Source of the DNA: Pseudomonadota bacterium
GTDB lineage: Bacteria > Myxococcota_A > Polyangia > Fen-1088
NCBI GenBank assembly: GCA_017881285.1
Contig: JADGRD010000003.1
Location: 1-28,758 of the forward strand
Reading direction: 5' to 3'
Length of the DNA stretch: 28,758 nt
A program made the translations under genes and the position numbers. Below the pieces are notes generated by a model, which was given only the letters and a program-made list of their open reading frames with translations, had not been told where the DNA came from and made no database searches. Positions 1 to 7,621 of the stretch are shown here, piece by piece. Numbering within the stretch: the first letter of the stretch is position 1; the number at the start of each line of letters is the position of its first letter.

Positions 1-1242
1 GCCTGCGGGCGCGCCCACCCAGTCGCGCATGGTCAGCGGCGTCCACACGTCGATGATGCGCGGTTCGTGGAGCGGCCCCGTGGCTTCCTCGACTTCTCGC
101 AGGGCTTGCTGCGCTCGACGCGTCTTTTCCACGCGATACTCGGGACCGCGGTGGCCGGTCGTGGTGTCGTGCCAGCGCGCCCACTCGGCGTAATTGGTCT
201 CGACGAGTACGGTGAGCCGGGTCTTGCCAGGCACGCCGGATGGTCGCAACTGACCGTACACACCCTCGAGGAGACGGCTGGGATCGCCGCGCACGCGGAA
301 GAGGTTGAAGTCCTGCGCGGGATGGTGCTTCTCGTCGAGCAAGGCCGCCACGCACAGGAGGCCACCGGTTTCCGTGAGCCGTCCGATGCCCTCGCGATAG
401 CTCGCCGGCAAGGCCTCGTGCGGGAGCAGTCCGACCATGGTCTTGGGGTGGATGGCCGCAACCACGGTGTCCGTGGCGATGCTCCGGCCCGACTGCAACC
501 GGACGCCGGAAGTGCGCCGCTGGTCCACCAGGATCCCGGCAACGGGATCCCCGACGATCAAGTCGACCCCCAGGGCAAGCGCGCGGTCCGTCAGGGCCGC
601 GGCCATCTCGACCCCGGTGCAACCGAGCTCCCAGGCCGACATGAGCAGGGAGGCCGTGGCCACCATGAGAAACGCAGCCGGGCACGCGGAGAGATTTACA
701 CCGATGAGACACCCCTGCAGGGCGAGGATATCGACGAGGCGCTTGGGCAGGTTCATCTCCGCCAGCACCTCGGCCGCGGTGCGCGTCATGGGCAGCGGCG
801 GCGGCGCTCCCCTGGCGTTCGTACGCAGACTCGCCATGGCGGCGTGGCAGATCTGCATGACGAAGCCGACGGCGTCCGGCGCGTGGGGAAAGCGCGCGGC
901 CAGCGTGGCCTCGAGCTTCTCCACCGTGCTCGGCAGGTCGAAGATCTCGTCGTCGAAGAAGAAACGATCGATGACCCCGCCGGTGCCCAGGCGGCGCAAC
1001 TTGAGCGCGGGGCGAATCTCCAGCAGGTCGAGGAAGTCGCCGAGCAGTTCGCCGGGCGCGGCCGACCCGAAATAGTGGACACCAACCGGACAGTCCACGC
1101 CTTCGCGCGTGTAGCTGCGCAGGGCCCCGCCGGGTCGCGCCTCGCCCTCGACGAGGGTGACGCGCAGACCGAGGCGCGCCAGCACGATCGCCGTCGATAG
1201 CCCGCCGAAACCGGCACCGATCACCGCCACCGCCGCGCTCAC
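1..1242 (-). CDS. Phytoene desaturase/dehydrogenase-family NAD(P)/FAD-dependent oxidoreductase, 3' end truncated by window edge (not in ORF track)
   Basis: Manual translation from GTG at 1242 (GTGA overlap with KS stop at 1239) gives MSAAVAVIGAGFGGLSTAIVLARLGLRVTLVEGEARPGGALRSYTREGVDCPVGVHYFG, a Rossmann GxGxxG motif plus a family-like GG..SY.R.G...GVHY segment. The frame stays open to the edge, ending ...IDVWTPLTMRDWVGAPAG, which resembles the TPLT motif near the C-terminus of this family. Confidence 0.88.
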   Translation of the reverse strand, partial: MSAAVAVIGAGFGGLSTAIVLARLGLRVTLVEGEARPGGALRSYTREGVDCPVGVHYFGSAAPGELLGDFLDLLEIRPALKLRRLGTGGVIDRFFFDDEIFDLPSTVEKLEATLAARFPHAPDAVGFVMQICHAAMASLRTNARGAPPPLPMTRTAAEVLAEMNLPKRLVDILALQGCLIGVNLSACPAAFLMVATASLLMSAWELGCTGVEMAAALTDRALALGVDLIVGDPVAGILVDQRRTSGVRLQSGRSIATDTVVAAIHPKTMVGLLPHEALPASYREGIGRLTETGGLLCVAALLDEKHHPAQDFNLFRVRGDPSRLLEGVYGQLRPSGVPGKTRLTVLVETNYAEWARWHDTTTGHRGPEYRVEKTRRAQQALREVEEATGPLHEPRIIDVWTPLTMRDWVGAPAG

Positions 1243-3440
1243 GCGAACACCTCGATGGCCGCCAGGCGCGGGCCGAGCTCCAGGAGGAGAAGGCGGCGGT
1301 GGGGAAGTGCGATGGGCGCGCCGGTGAAAGGAAGCATTCCCACGGCGACGGCACGGCCAGCGATGGCGGCCGCGGTCGCGCCGATGCTCGCGTGCTGGCC
1401 AAGCCGGTCGCGGTAGGCGACGATGGACGCGGACGGCAGGAGTTGGCCGAGGCGGGCGTAGGCAGGGTCCTTCGCCAAGTCATGCCCGGCCGGGATGCCG
1501 ACGACGACCGCATCATAGTCTGGCGTGACTCCGGCAAAGCGATCGACCAAGGCGACCGCGCCATCGTTGCCGCCTTCGCCGAGCCAGCGCAGGCGTACGC
1601 CGGGATCGCCGTCGTCGGGAATCAGCAGGAAAGCCGCGCCGCCATCGGAGACAAGCGGACCGCGTGCCCCCTCGGGATCGAAGAGCGGCGACAGCCGGGG
1701 TTCGAAGGCCTCGGCCGCCACGACGAGCGCGCTGCCCGCGCCAGACACGATGTGCAGGGAGCCGCACAGGAGCGCCTGGCTGAATGAGCGCTCGCCCGCG
1801 GAGGAGGTCAGGTTGGGCGCCTGGCTGCCGAGGAGCAGGGCGATTTGCCCGGTCGGCGCGTTGTGAACCGAGCCGATGAAATCCATTGGACTCGAGAACT
1901 GGTCCCCACTCTCGAAGAGCTTGCGCAAGAATTCCTGGGTCTCGGCCAAGGGGCCCCACGCCGTGCCCACGGCGATGGCCTCGGGCGGGGCGGCCCGGCC
2001 GCTCGCCGTGTGCACGGTCTGCGCGAGCGCAAGCATCAAGCGCGGCAGGCGCTTGAGCCGACGGACGAAGGCGGCGGGCGCCGCCCTGGCGAAAGCCGCG
2101 TCGGGCACCAGGCCAGCGGTGGAGTCGCGGGAGAGGAGGGCGTTCCAGGTCTCGTCAAGGCCGCCGCGCGCCGTGAGGCAAGCCGAGGCGGCGATGCGCA
2201 AGGCGGGCAGCCCCGAGGCAGGGGGAACATCCCCGGTCGTCGCGCGGAGGTCCCCTCTCCCCGCGTAGCGGGGAAAGGGATGGGGTGAGGGGCTGGACGG
2301 CGCCTTCTCGAAGATCACGCAGGCGTTGTTGCCGCCGAAACCGAAGGAGTTGGAAAGGACGGCGGAAATCGGCGCCTGGGTAGGCGCGCGCACCGGAGAG
2401 ATCTCGAGACTGGTGTCGAGTGTTTCAAGTCCGGTGTTGGCGGGCAGGAGACCGTCGCGCAGGGCGAGGATCGAGATCACCGCCTCGATGCCACCCGCGG
2501 CGGCCAGGGCGTGGCCGGTCAGTCCCTTGGTCGACGACAGCGCGGGTTGCACGTCGGCGAAGACCTGCTTCATGGCGCGCGCCTCCGCCTGGTCGTTGTC
2601 GGGCGTGCCGGTGCCGTGCAGATTCACGTAGCTGATGGCCCGTGGCTCGAGGCCCGCGTCGGCCAGGGCCCGGCGCATCGCCAGCACCGCGCCCTGGCCT
2701 TCTGGATGCGGGCTGGTAGCGTGGTAGGCGTCGCAGCTTAATCCCGTGCCGGAAAGCACGGCGAGAACCGGACGCTCGTCCGGCGCGGTTTCGAGCACCA
2801 GGAATCCCGCGCCCTCGCCGACGGTCATGCCGTCGCGATTCGCGTCGAGCGGCATGCACCCATGGGCAGCCACGAGCTGAAGCTGGCGGAAACCGTGGAA
2901 GGTCAGCCGGCTGAGGGAATCAGCGCCGCCGGAGAGGACCCGCCGGGCCAGACCCGCGCGCAAGAGGGCCGCCGCGACCGACAGCGCGACGGCCGCGCTC
3001 GAACAGGCCGTCGAGATGGTGATGACCGGCCCGCAGACGCCAAGCGTTTCCGCCAAGTGCAGCGCGACCGTGTCGAGACCATGGTAGCGGTAGGCGTCGG
3101 GCGAGGTGATGCCGGCTTCCAGCGCGCTCTCCGTCGCCGCGATGCCGCCCGTGCTGCTGCCCAGAACGATCGCATCGGGCAGCGGCCCGGTGCCCACTGC
3201 CTCGCGCGCGGCCAGCAGCGCGAGCCGGTGGGTGCGGGGCCGGCCCGCGACCTCGCCAGCCTCGAGGGCGGTAGCCTGCGCGACCGGCAACTCGCCGCTC
3301 GGGTGCTTGATGGGCCACACCGTCGGTGTCTGGAAATGCGCGACCGGATGCGCGAGAAGGTCGCGGAGCTCGCCGACATGGTTCGCTCCGGCGCATACCA
3401 CACCCATGCCGGTCACGCAGACGGGCGGCCGCGAGCTCAT
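1239..3440 (-). CDS. Beta-ketoacyl-ACP synthase fused to a C-terminal chain-length-factor-like (inactive KS) domain, 733 aa
   Basis: The N-terminal KS has STACSS (Cys), NLHGTGT (His), KGLTGHALAAAG (His) and NSFGFGGNN. The second half has KS-N-like motifs (VGTAWGPL, SPMDFIGSVHNAPTGQIA) with PNLTSSAGERSF, where Glu aligns to the catalytic Cys of PVITISTACSS. ATGA overlap with the upstream ACP. Confidence 0.9.
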   Translation of the reverse strand: MSSRPPVCVTGMGVVCAGANHVGELRDLLAHPVAHFQTPTVWPIKHPSGELPVAQATALEAGEVAGRPRTHRLALLAAREAVGTGPLPDAIVLGSSTGGIAATESALEAGITSPDAYRYHGLDTVALHLAETLGVCGPVITISTACSSAAVALSVAAALLRAGLARRVLSGGADSLSRLTFHGFRQLQLVAAHGCMPLDANRDGMTVGEGAGFLVLETAPDERPVLAVLSGTGLSCDAYHATSPHPEGQGAVLAMRRALADAGLEPRAISYVNLHGTGTPDNDQAEARAMKQVFADVQPALSSTKGLTGHALAAAGGIEAVISILALRDGLLPANTGLETLDTSLEISPVRAPTQAPISAVLSNSFGFGGNNACVIFEKAPSSPSPHPFPRYAGRGDLRATTGDVPPASGLPALRIAASACLTARGGLDETWNALLSRDSTAGLVPDAAFARAAPAAFVRRLKRLPRLMLALAQTVHTASGRAAPPEAIAVGTAWGPLAETQEFLRKLFESGDQFSSPMDFIGSVHNAPTGQIALLLGSQAPNLTSSAGERSFSQALLCGSLHIVSGAGSALVVAAEAFEPRLSPLFDPEGARGPLVSDGGAAFLLIPDDGDPGVRLRWLGEGGNDGAVALVDRFAGVTPDYDAVVVGIPAGHDLAKDPAYARLGQLLPSASIVAYRDRLGQHASIGATAAAIAGRAVAVGMLPFTGAPIALPHRRLLLLELGPRLAAIEVFA
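2251..2292. repeat. REP-like palindromic element (CCCCTCACCCC..CCCT.TCCCCGC-loop-GCGGGGAGAGGG type) inside the KS-CLF linker
   Basis: 2253-2264 ccctctccccgc pairs with 2268-2279 gcggggaaaggg (11/12) around a gta loop and is followed by tggggtgagggg. On the coding strand it reads SPSPHPFPRYAGRGD. Confidence 0.7.
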
Positions 3441-3712
3441 GCAGGCGAGGCCGGCCGGCGCTGCCGGAGGAAGGCGGCGAGCGCGTTGAGCGAGGCGAAG
3501 GCCTCGACGCCCGCGGCGCGATTGTCGATCTTCACGCCGTAGTCCCGTTCGATGAGGACGACCAGTTCGAGCGTGTCGATGGAATCGATGCCCAGCCCGG
3601 CGCCGATGAGCGGGGCGGCCGGGTCGACGGCTTCGGGCTTCAGGTCGAGGCCAAGGGTTTCGACGAGCTTGCGTGCGAGCTCGGCGACGAGGGGATCGGT
3701 TTGTCCAGTCAC
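3437..3712 (-). CDS. Acyl carrier protein (ACP 1), 91 aa
   Basis: PLIGAGLGIDSIDTLELVV contains the phosphopantetheine Ser (DS). GTG start preceded by AGGAG; the gene lies between two KS genes. Confidence 0.93.
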   Translation of the reverse strand: MTGQTDPLVAELARKLVETLGLDLKPEAVDPAAPLIGAGLGIDSIDTLELVVLIERDYGVKIDNRAAGVEAFASLNALAAFLRQRRPASPA

Positions 3713-3751
3713 GGTGGCTCCTGCCGGGGGGTGAACGGAAATCTCATGGGG

Positions 3752-5011
3752 TCACGCCAACCGGTGAAAGACCAGGCAGGTGTTGGTGCCGCCGAAGCCG
3801 AAGGCGCTCTTGAGCACGTATTCCTGATTGGCGAGCGGCCGCGTTGTGGTCACCACGTCGAGGTGGATGTCGGGATCGGGGGTCAAGTTGAGGGTGGGCA
3901 GCAACACGCCGTCGCGCATACCCTCGAGGGCGAGCATGGATTCGATGACGCTGGCCGCGCCCATGGCGTGGCCGAGCTGCGACTTGTTCGCGCTGACCGG
4001 CGGAACCCGGTCGCCGAAGACGTCGTGCAGTGCCTCGTCCTCGATCTTGTCGCCCACCTTGGTGGACGAGGCGTGCGCATTCACCGCCGCGATGCCGTCG
4101 GTCCGGACTTCCGCCGTTGCGATGGCTTCGGCGATGCAGGCTGCGATGGTCGGGCGGTGGGGCGAGACCGGGTGGTGCGCGTCCGAGGTCAAGGACCAGC
4201 CCGCGAGCTCGAAGTCGGCGGCTAGGCCGTGGGCGCGCGCGAAGTCGGCGCTCGCCATGATCACGCAGCCCGCGCCTTCGGAGATGACGAAGCCGCGGCG
4301 GTCGAGCGAGAACGGCCGGCTGGCCCTTTCCGGATGGGACCTGTCCTCGTCGGTCTTGGGCTTGAAAGCGCCGTTCATGGTCGAGAAACCCGCGACGATG
4401 GGCTCGACCAGCGGGAAATCGACGGCGCCCGCGATGACCACGTCGGCCCGGCCGGTGTCGATGAGCAGGGCGCCCATGGCCAGGGAGGTGCTGCCCGTGG
4501 CGCAGGCCGTGACCGTGGTGATGCACGGTCCGGTGGCGCCGGACAGCATCGAGATCTTTCCCGCGATCATGTTCACGCAGGAATTCGGGTTCATGTAGGG
4601 CAGGGGCAGGGTACCGGTGGCGACCAGGGCCCGGTCCGCGTCCACCACCGCGTCGAGCCCGCCGATGGCGGTGCTGAAGGTGACGGCCACGCGCGGGGCG
4701 AGCGCGGGTGTGATCTCGATGCCCGCCTTGGCCAGCGCGCGATGCACGACCAGCATGCTGTAGCGAAAGACCGGCGACTTCCAGTGCGCCATCTCACGGG
4801 GACGCAGGCAAGGTGGCAAGGGCTCGATGGCGGCCGGATCGAAATCGACCTGGCCGGCGATGCGCACCGGAAAATCAGGCCGGAGCGGAAAACGCGTCAG
4901 CGGCCCGATGCCGCTTTCGCCGGCGGTGGCGCGTTTCCACGCGGCGGCCCAATCCACGCCCAGCGAGGAAACTCCATCCCATCCCAGCAGCCGAGGTCGC
5001 GACTTGCCCAT
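3752..5011 (-). CDS. fabF: Beta-ketoacyl-ACP synthase II (FabF family), 419 aa from ATG 5011
   Basis: TVTACATGSTS (Cys), VNAHASST (His), KSQLGHAMGAA (His), SRPFSLDRRGFVISEG, SAFGFGGTN. The symbol is a family-level call only. Confidence 0.92.
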   Translation of the reverse strand: MGKSRPRLLGWDGVSSLGVDWAAAWKRATAGESGIGPLTRFPLRPDFPVRIAGQVDFDPAAIEPLPPCLRPREMAHWKSPVFRYSMLVVHRALAKAGIEITPALAPRVAVTFSTAIGGLDAVVDADRALVATGTLPLPYMNPNSCVNMIAGKISMLSGATGPCITTVTACATGSTSLAMGALLIDTGRADVVIAGAVDFPLVEPIVAGFSTMNGAFKPKTDEDRSHPERASRPFSLDRRGFVISEGAGCVIMASADFARAHGLAADFELAGWSLTSDAHHPVSPHRPTIAACIAEAIATAEVRTDGIAAVNAHASSTKVGDKIEDEALHDVFGDRVPPVSANKSQLGHAMGAASVIESMLALEGMRDGVLLPTLNLTPDPDIHLDVVTTTRPLANQEYVLKSAFGFGGTNTCLVFHRLA

Positions 5012-5024
5012 GGTCAATTCTCGG

Positions 5025-6020
5025 CTACCACGGAATGAATCGGTAGAGCTTGGCGAACATCTCGTAGACCTCGATCCAGTTCTGCAGATCGCGCGCGGTG
5101 CGGATGTGCGCTCGCTTGTTGACCATGACCCAGCTCATGTGGGCGGCGCCGTCCTTGCACGTGGCGCAGTCGCGCGTGGCGGAGGTGCAACAGCGATGCG
5201 TGGTCTTGAGATCCGCAGACCAGCGGCGGAAGCGGATGAGCCGGCGCGGCTGCGGGTTGCGCGTGTCGTGCGTCTCGGACACCGAGGGGCATTCCTGCCA
5301 GCCGAAGCGGCGGCCGAGCATGCTGCCCGTGGTGAGCACCTCGTGGTAGTAGCGCGAGGAGATGACGGTGTCGGGGTAACGGTCGAGTAGATCGTCCAAC
5401 TCGTCGCGCACGTCGGCGAGTTGCGCGGGCGACCAGGAGAAGCCATCGGCGCCCTCGTCGTTGGAGAGGAGCTGGAAGTGGACCTTGACGCCGATGTCAC
5501 GAATGCGGCGGACCATGGTCTCCACCCGGCCCAGTTGCTGCGAGGTGATGGTGTAGAGGTAGTAGGTGTTGGGGTCGCCGGCGTAGTTTTTCGACGAGAC
5601 CGCGAAGGCGTCCTTTCCACGCAGCGACTTCTCGGTGCCGGCGTCGCCCCACAGCGAGATGCCTACCATCATCTGCGGGAAGCGGTCGCGCGGCACCTTG
5701 ATGAGTCCGTTGGTGGCGCAGAAGGTGGGCAGGCGCTTGAAGAAGGCCTCGACGCGGTCGGGGTGCAGCGTCGGCTCGCCGCCGATGAGGATGGGCAGGT
5801 TCGCCCCGCGCGCTTTCTCGGCATCGATGAAGGTTTCCCACGTGGCAACGTCGTTGGCCTCGCCCGTCAGGTGCTCATTCGAGGAGAAGAAGAAGCAGCC
5901 CTTGCAGCGCAGGTTGCACGTGTTGGTCACGTCGTAGATCGAGCTGCGGATGTTCAGGTTGCAGATCTTCTGGTAGCGGTGGTGCCAGGCGTCGTCGAGC
6001 AGCGACCGGACGGTGATCAT
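5025..6020 (-). CDS. Radical SAM protein (non-B12), paralogue A, 331 aa; start corrected to ATG 6020
   Basis: TNTCNLRCKGCFFF (CxxxCxxC) and LIGGEPTL, with C-terminal ECPS...RCCTSATRDCATC extra cysteines. ATG 6020 forms an ATGA overlap with the stop of the upstream gene (6017). Confidence 0.9.
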   Translation of the reverse strand: MITVRSLLDDAWHHRYQKICNLNIRSSIYDVTNTCNLRCKGCFFFSSNEHLTGEANDVATWETFIDAEKARGANLPILIGGEPTLHPDRVEAFFKRLPTFCATNGLIKVPRDRFPQMMVGISLWGDAGTEKSLRGKDAFAVSSKNYAGDPNTYYLYTITSQQLGRVETMVRRIRDIGVKVHFQLLSNDEGADGFSWSPAQLADVRDELDDLLDRYPDTVISSRYYHEVLTTGSMLGRRFGWQECPSVSETHDTRNPQPRRLIRFRRWSADLKTTHRCCTSATRDCATCKDGAAHMSWVMVNKRAHIRTARDLQNWIEVYEMFAKLYRFIPW

Positions 6021-7123
6021 CGGGCGGCTCCGGTCTGCCGGGCCAGCGCGGGCGCGATAGGGACGGCGCACAGATTGGGTTCCTTGGCGTAGCCTTGCAC
6101 CCATACCGCGAGGTAGGTATCGACGTAGTCGAGCCAGGCTCGGAACTGGTCCGGGCTGCCGATGTGGCGGTTCATGCGCGCGGTGACGATGGCGCTACCC
6201 GCCGCATAGTGGCGACAGTCGGCGCAGTCGGTGTCGGGCACGCAGCACGCGGCCTCGCGAATCCACGTCAGGTCCGAGCGGTACTGGCGGAAGGAGCGCC
6301 CGAGGCCGAACTGCCCCTGGTTTTGCCGCGGGTACGGGCAGGAATAGAGATCGTGCAGCGAGAGGGTATCGGTGTGCGCGGCGGCGCTGTAGGGCGAGAA
6401 GAGCACCTGCTCGGGATAGTCGGCGAGCAGCGACAGCATGGCCTGGCGGGTCTCGGCGAGCGAGGTGGGCGTGTGGCTGAGCGAGCCCTGGTAGCCGACC
6501 GTGGCTGAGAACATGTTGAAGGTGACCTTGCAGCCGTGGCGGGCCAGATTCTCGACGACCCCGCGCGCCTCGGCGATGTTCTCGCGCGTGAAGGTGTAGA
6601 CGAAAACCGCGCGCGGATCGCCGGCGTAGATCTCGATCTGGCGCTCCAGCATGCGCTTGGCGCGGCGGACGCGCTCGGAGGTCGCGTCGTTGCCCCATAC
6701 CGAGATGTGGATGCGGTAGCCGACCTCCGACGAAATGTGAATCAAGCCATTCGAGGCGATGGCGCCCAGCGGGATCTCGGCGGAGCAGGCTTCGAGCAGA
6801 TCGGGCACGAGCGCGGGTTCGGCGCCGGCCAGCACGACAAAGGTGATGCCGCGCGCCTTCTCGGCCTGGAAGAGCTTGCGCCAGGCCTCGGGGTCGAGGT
6901 TGTCCTGCGCGTTCTGTTTGTCCCCCTCGTAGTAGTAGCAGCCGTCGCAGCGCACGTTGCACCGGCGGGTCATGTCGTAGGTCGACTCGCGCAGGAAGAA
7001 GTAGCGGCGAACCTTCGCGAAACGCGCGGCGATGTCCGGCAGCTTGACGATGTCCGCGAAGGTGCCGGACGTGGCCGCGGGCGCCGTATTCGCTGGGGCC
7101 GCGGCTAGAACGTCGAGGTTCAT
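6017..7123 (-). CDS. Radical SAM protein (non-B12), paralogue B, about 368 aa (alternative start 7138)
   Basis: TRRCNVRCDGCYYY (CxxxCxxC) and VLAGAEPAL, with C-terminal SCPY...ACCVPDTDCADC extra cysteines. Shares motifs with 5025-6020 (AEKARG, ISxWG, YAGDP, DL..., WxxV). Confidence 0.9.
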   Translation of the reverse strand: MNLDVLAAAPANTAPAATSGTFADIVKLPDIAARFAKVRRYFFLRESTYDMTRRCNVRCDGCYYYEGDKQNAQDNLDPEAWRKLFQAEKARGITFVVLAGAEPALVPDLLEACSAEIPLGAIASNGLIHISSEVGYRIHISVWGNDATSERVRRAKRMLERQIEIYAGDPRAVFVYTFTRENIAEARGVVENLARHGCKVTFNMFSATVGYQGSLSHTPTSLAETRQAMLSLLADYPEQVLFSPYSAAAHTDTLSLHDLYSCPYPRQNQGQFGLGRSFRQYRSDLTWIREAACCVPDTDCADCRHYAAGSAIVTARMNRHIGSPDQFRAWLDYVDTYLAVWVQGYAKEPNLCAVPIAPALARQTGAAR

Positions 7124-7151
7124 GACCGTGTCTGGCAACCCCCGTGCGCCG

Positions 7152-7421
7152 CTAGCTGACTGTGCCTTGCAGCTGACGGATCTGCTCCGCGATGGCGCGC
7201 ACCGTCGTGAGGGATGGGTAGTTGTCCTCGTCGAACTTCACCTTGTACTCGCCCTGCAGCACCAGCACCACCGTGGTGAGGTCCATGCTGTCGATGCCCA
7301 GCTCCTTGACCAGATCGGTTGTCACGTCGAAGGTATCGGGAGTGACATTTTCGAGCTTGAGTTCTTGGATTAGGATCTCGGCAATGCGCCGTTCCATCAA
7401 GCCATTCTGCGTCTGCGGCAT
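7152..7421 (-). CDS. Acyl carrier protein (ACP 2), 89 aa
   Basis: DLVKELGIDSMDLTTVV contains the DS motif; acidic helical ACP pattern; first gene of the leftward operon. Confidence 0.92.
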   Translation of the reverse strand: MPQTQNGLMERRIAEILIQELKLENVTPDTFDVTTDLVKELGIDSMDLTTVVLVLQGEYKVKFDEDNYPSLTTVRAIAEQIRQLQGTVS

Positions 7422-7452
7422 CTGGTTGGACCACCCTAAAAACGTGTCCCGC

Positions 7453-7482
7453 CGTTTAGCACGCCCGTTCGCGGAGAGTCAA
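7453..7482 (-). promoter_or_regulatory. Candidate sigma70-like promoter for the leftward operon
   Basis: Minus strand TTGACT (7482-7477), 18 nt spacer ending in TGc, then TAAACG (7458-7453), about 30 nt upstream of the ACP start. The -10 match is weak. Confidence 0.3.
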
Positions 7483-7554
7483 GGCACGGCCCGGCAGGCT
7501 TGGCGGGGAAAATCGTCGGTATTTCGAGGTCCTGCGCCTGATTTTCGGCGTGGC

Positions 7555-7583
7555 TTGCCAAGCAGGATTGCTTGGGCTATGCG
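7555..7583 (+). promoter_or_regulatory. Candidate sigma70-like promoter with a perfect palindrome (possible operator) in its spacer
   Basis: TTGCCA (7555-7560), N17, TATGCG (7578-7583). The palindrome CCAAGCA-ggat-TGCTTGG lies at 7558-7575. Confidence 0.3.
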
Positions 7584-7621
7584 GGGTATCCCACCGAGCC
7601 GGTGAGTCCCGGGAAGGTGCC

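Noticed and set aside
67-1200. 377-aa plus-strand ORF, and similar long ORFs 7577-9301(-), 15131-16273(-), 16824-18593(-), 20314-21471(+), 12928-13812(-), 21522-22511(+)
   Set aside because: These are antisense or off-frame shadows of motif-bearing genes in GC-rich DNA, with no recognisable domains and Arg/Gly/Ala-rich composition.
1-1242. Carotenoid biosynthesis (crtI)
   Set aside because: No phytoene synthase, GGPP synthase or cyclase is in the window, and the gene is coupled to a KS operon.
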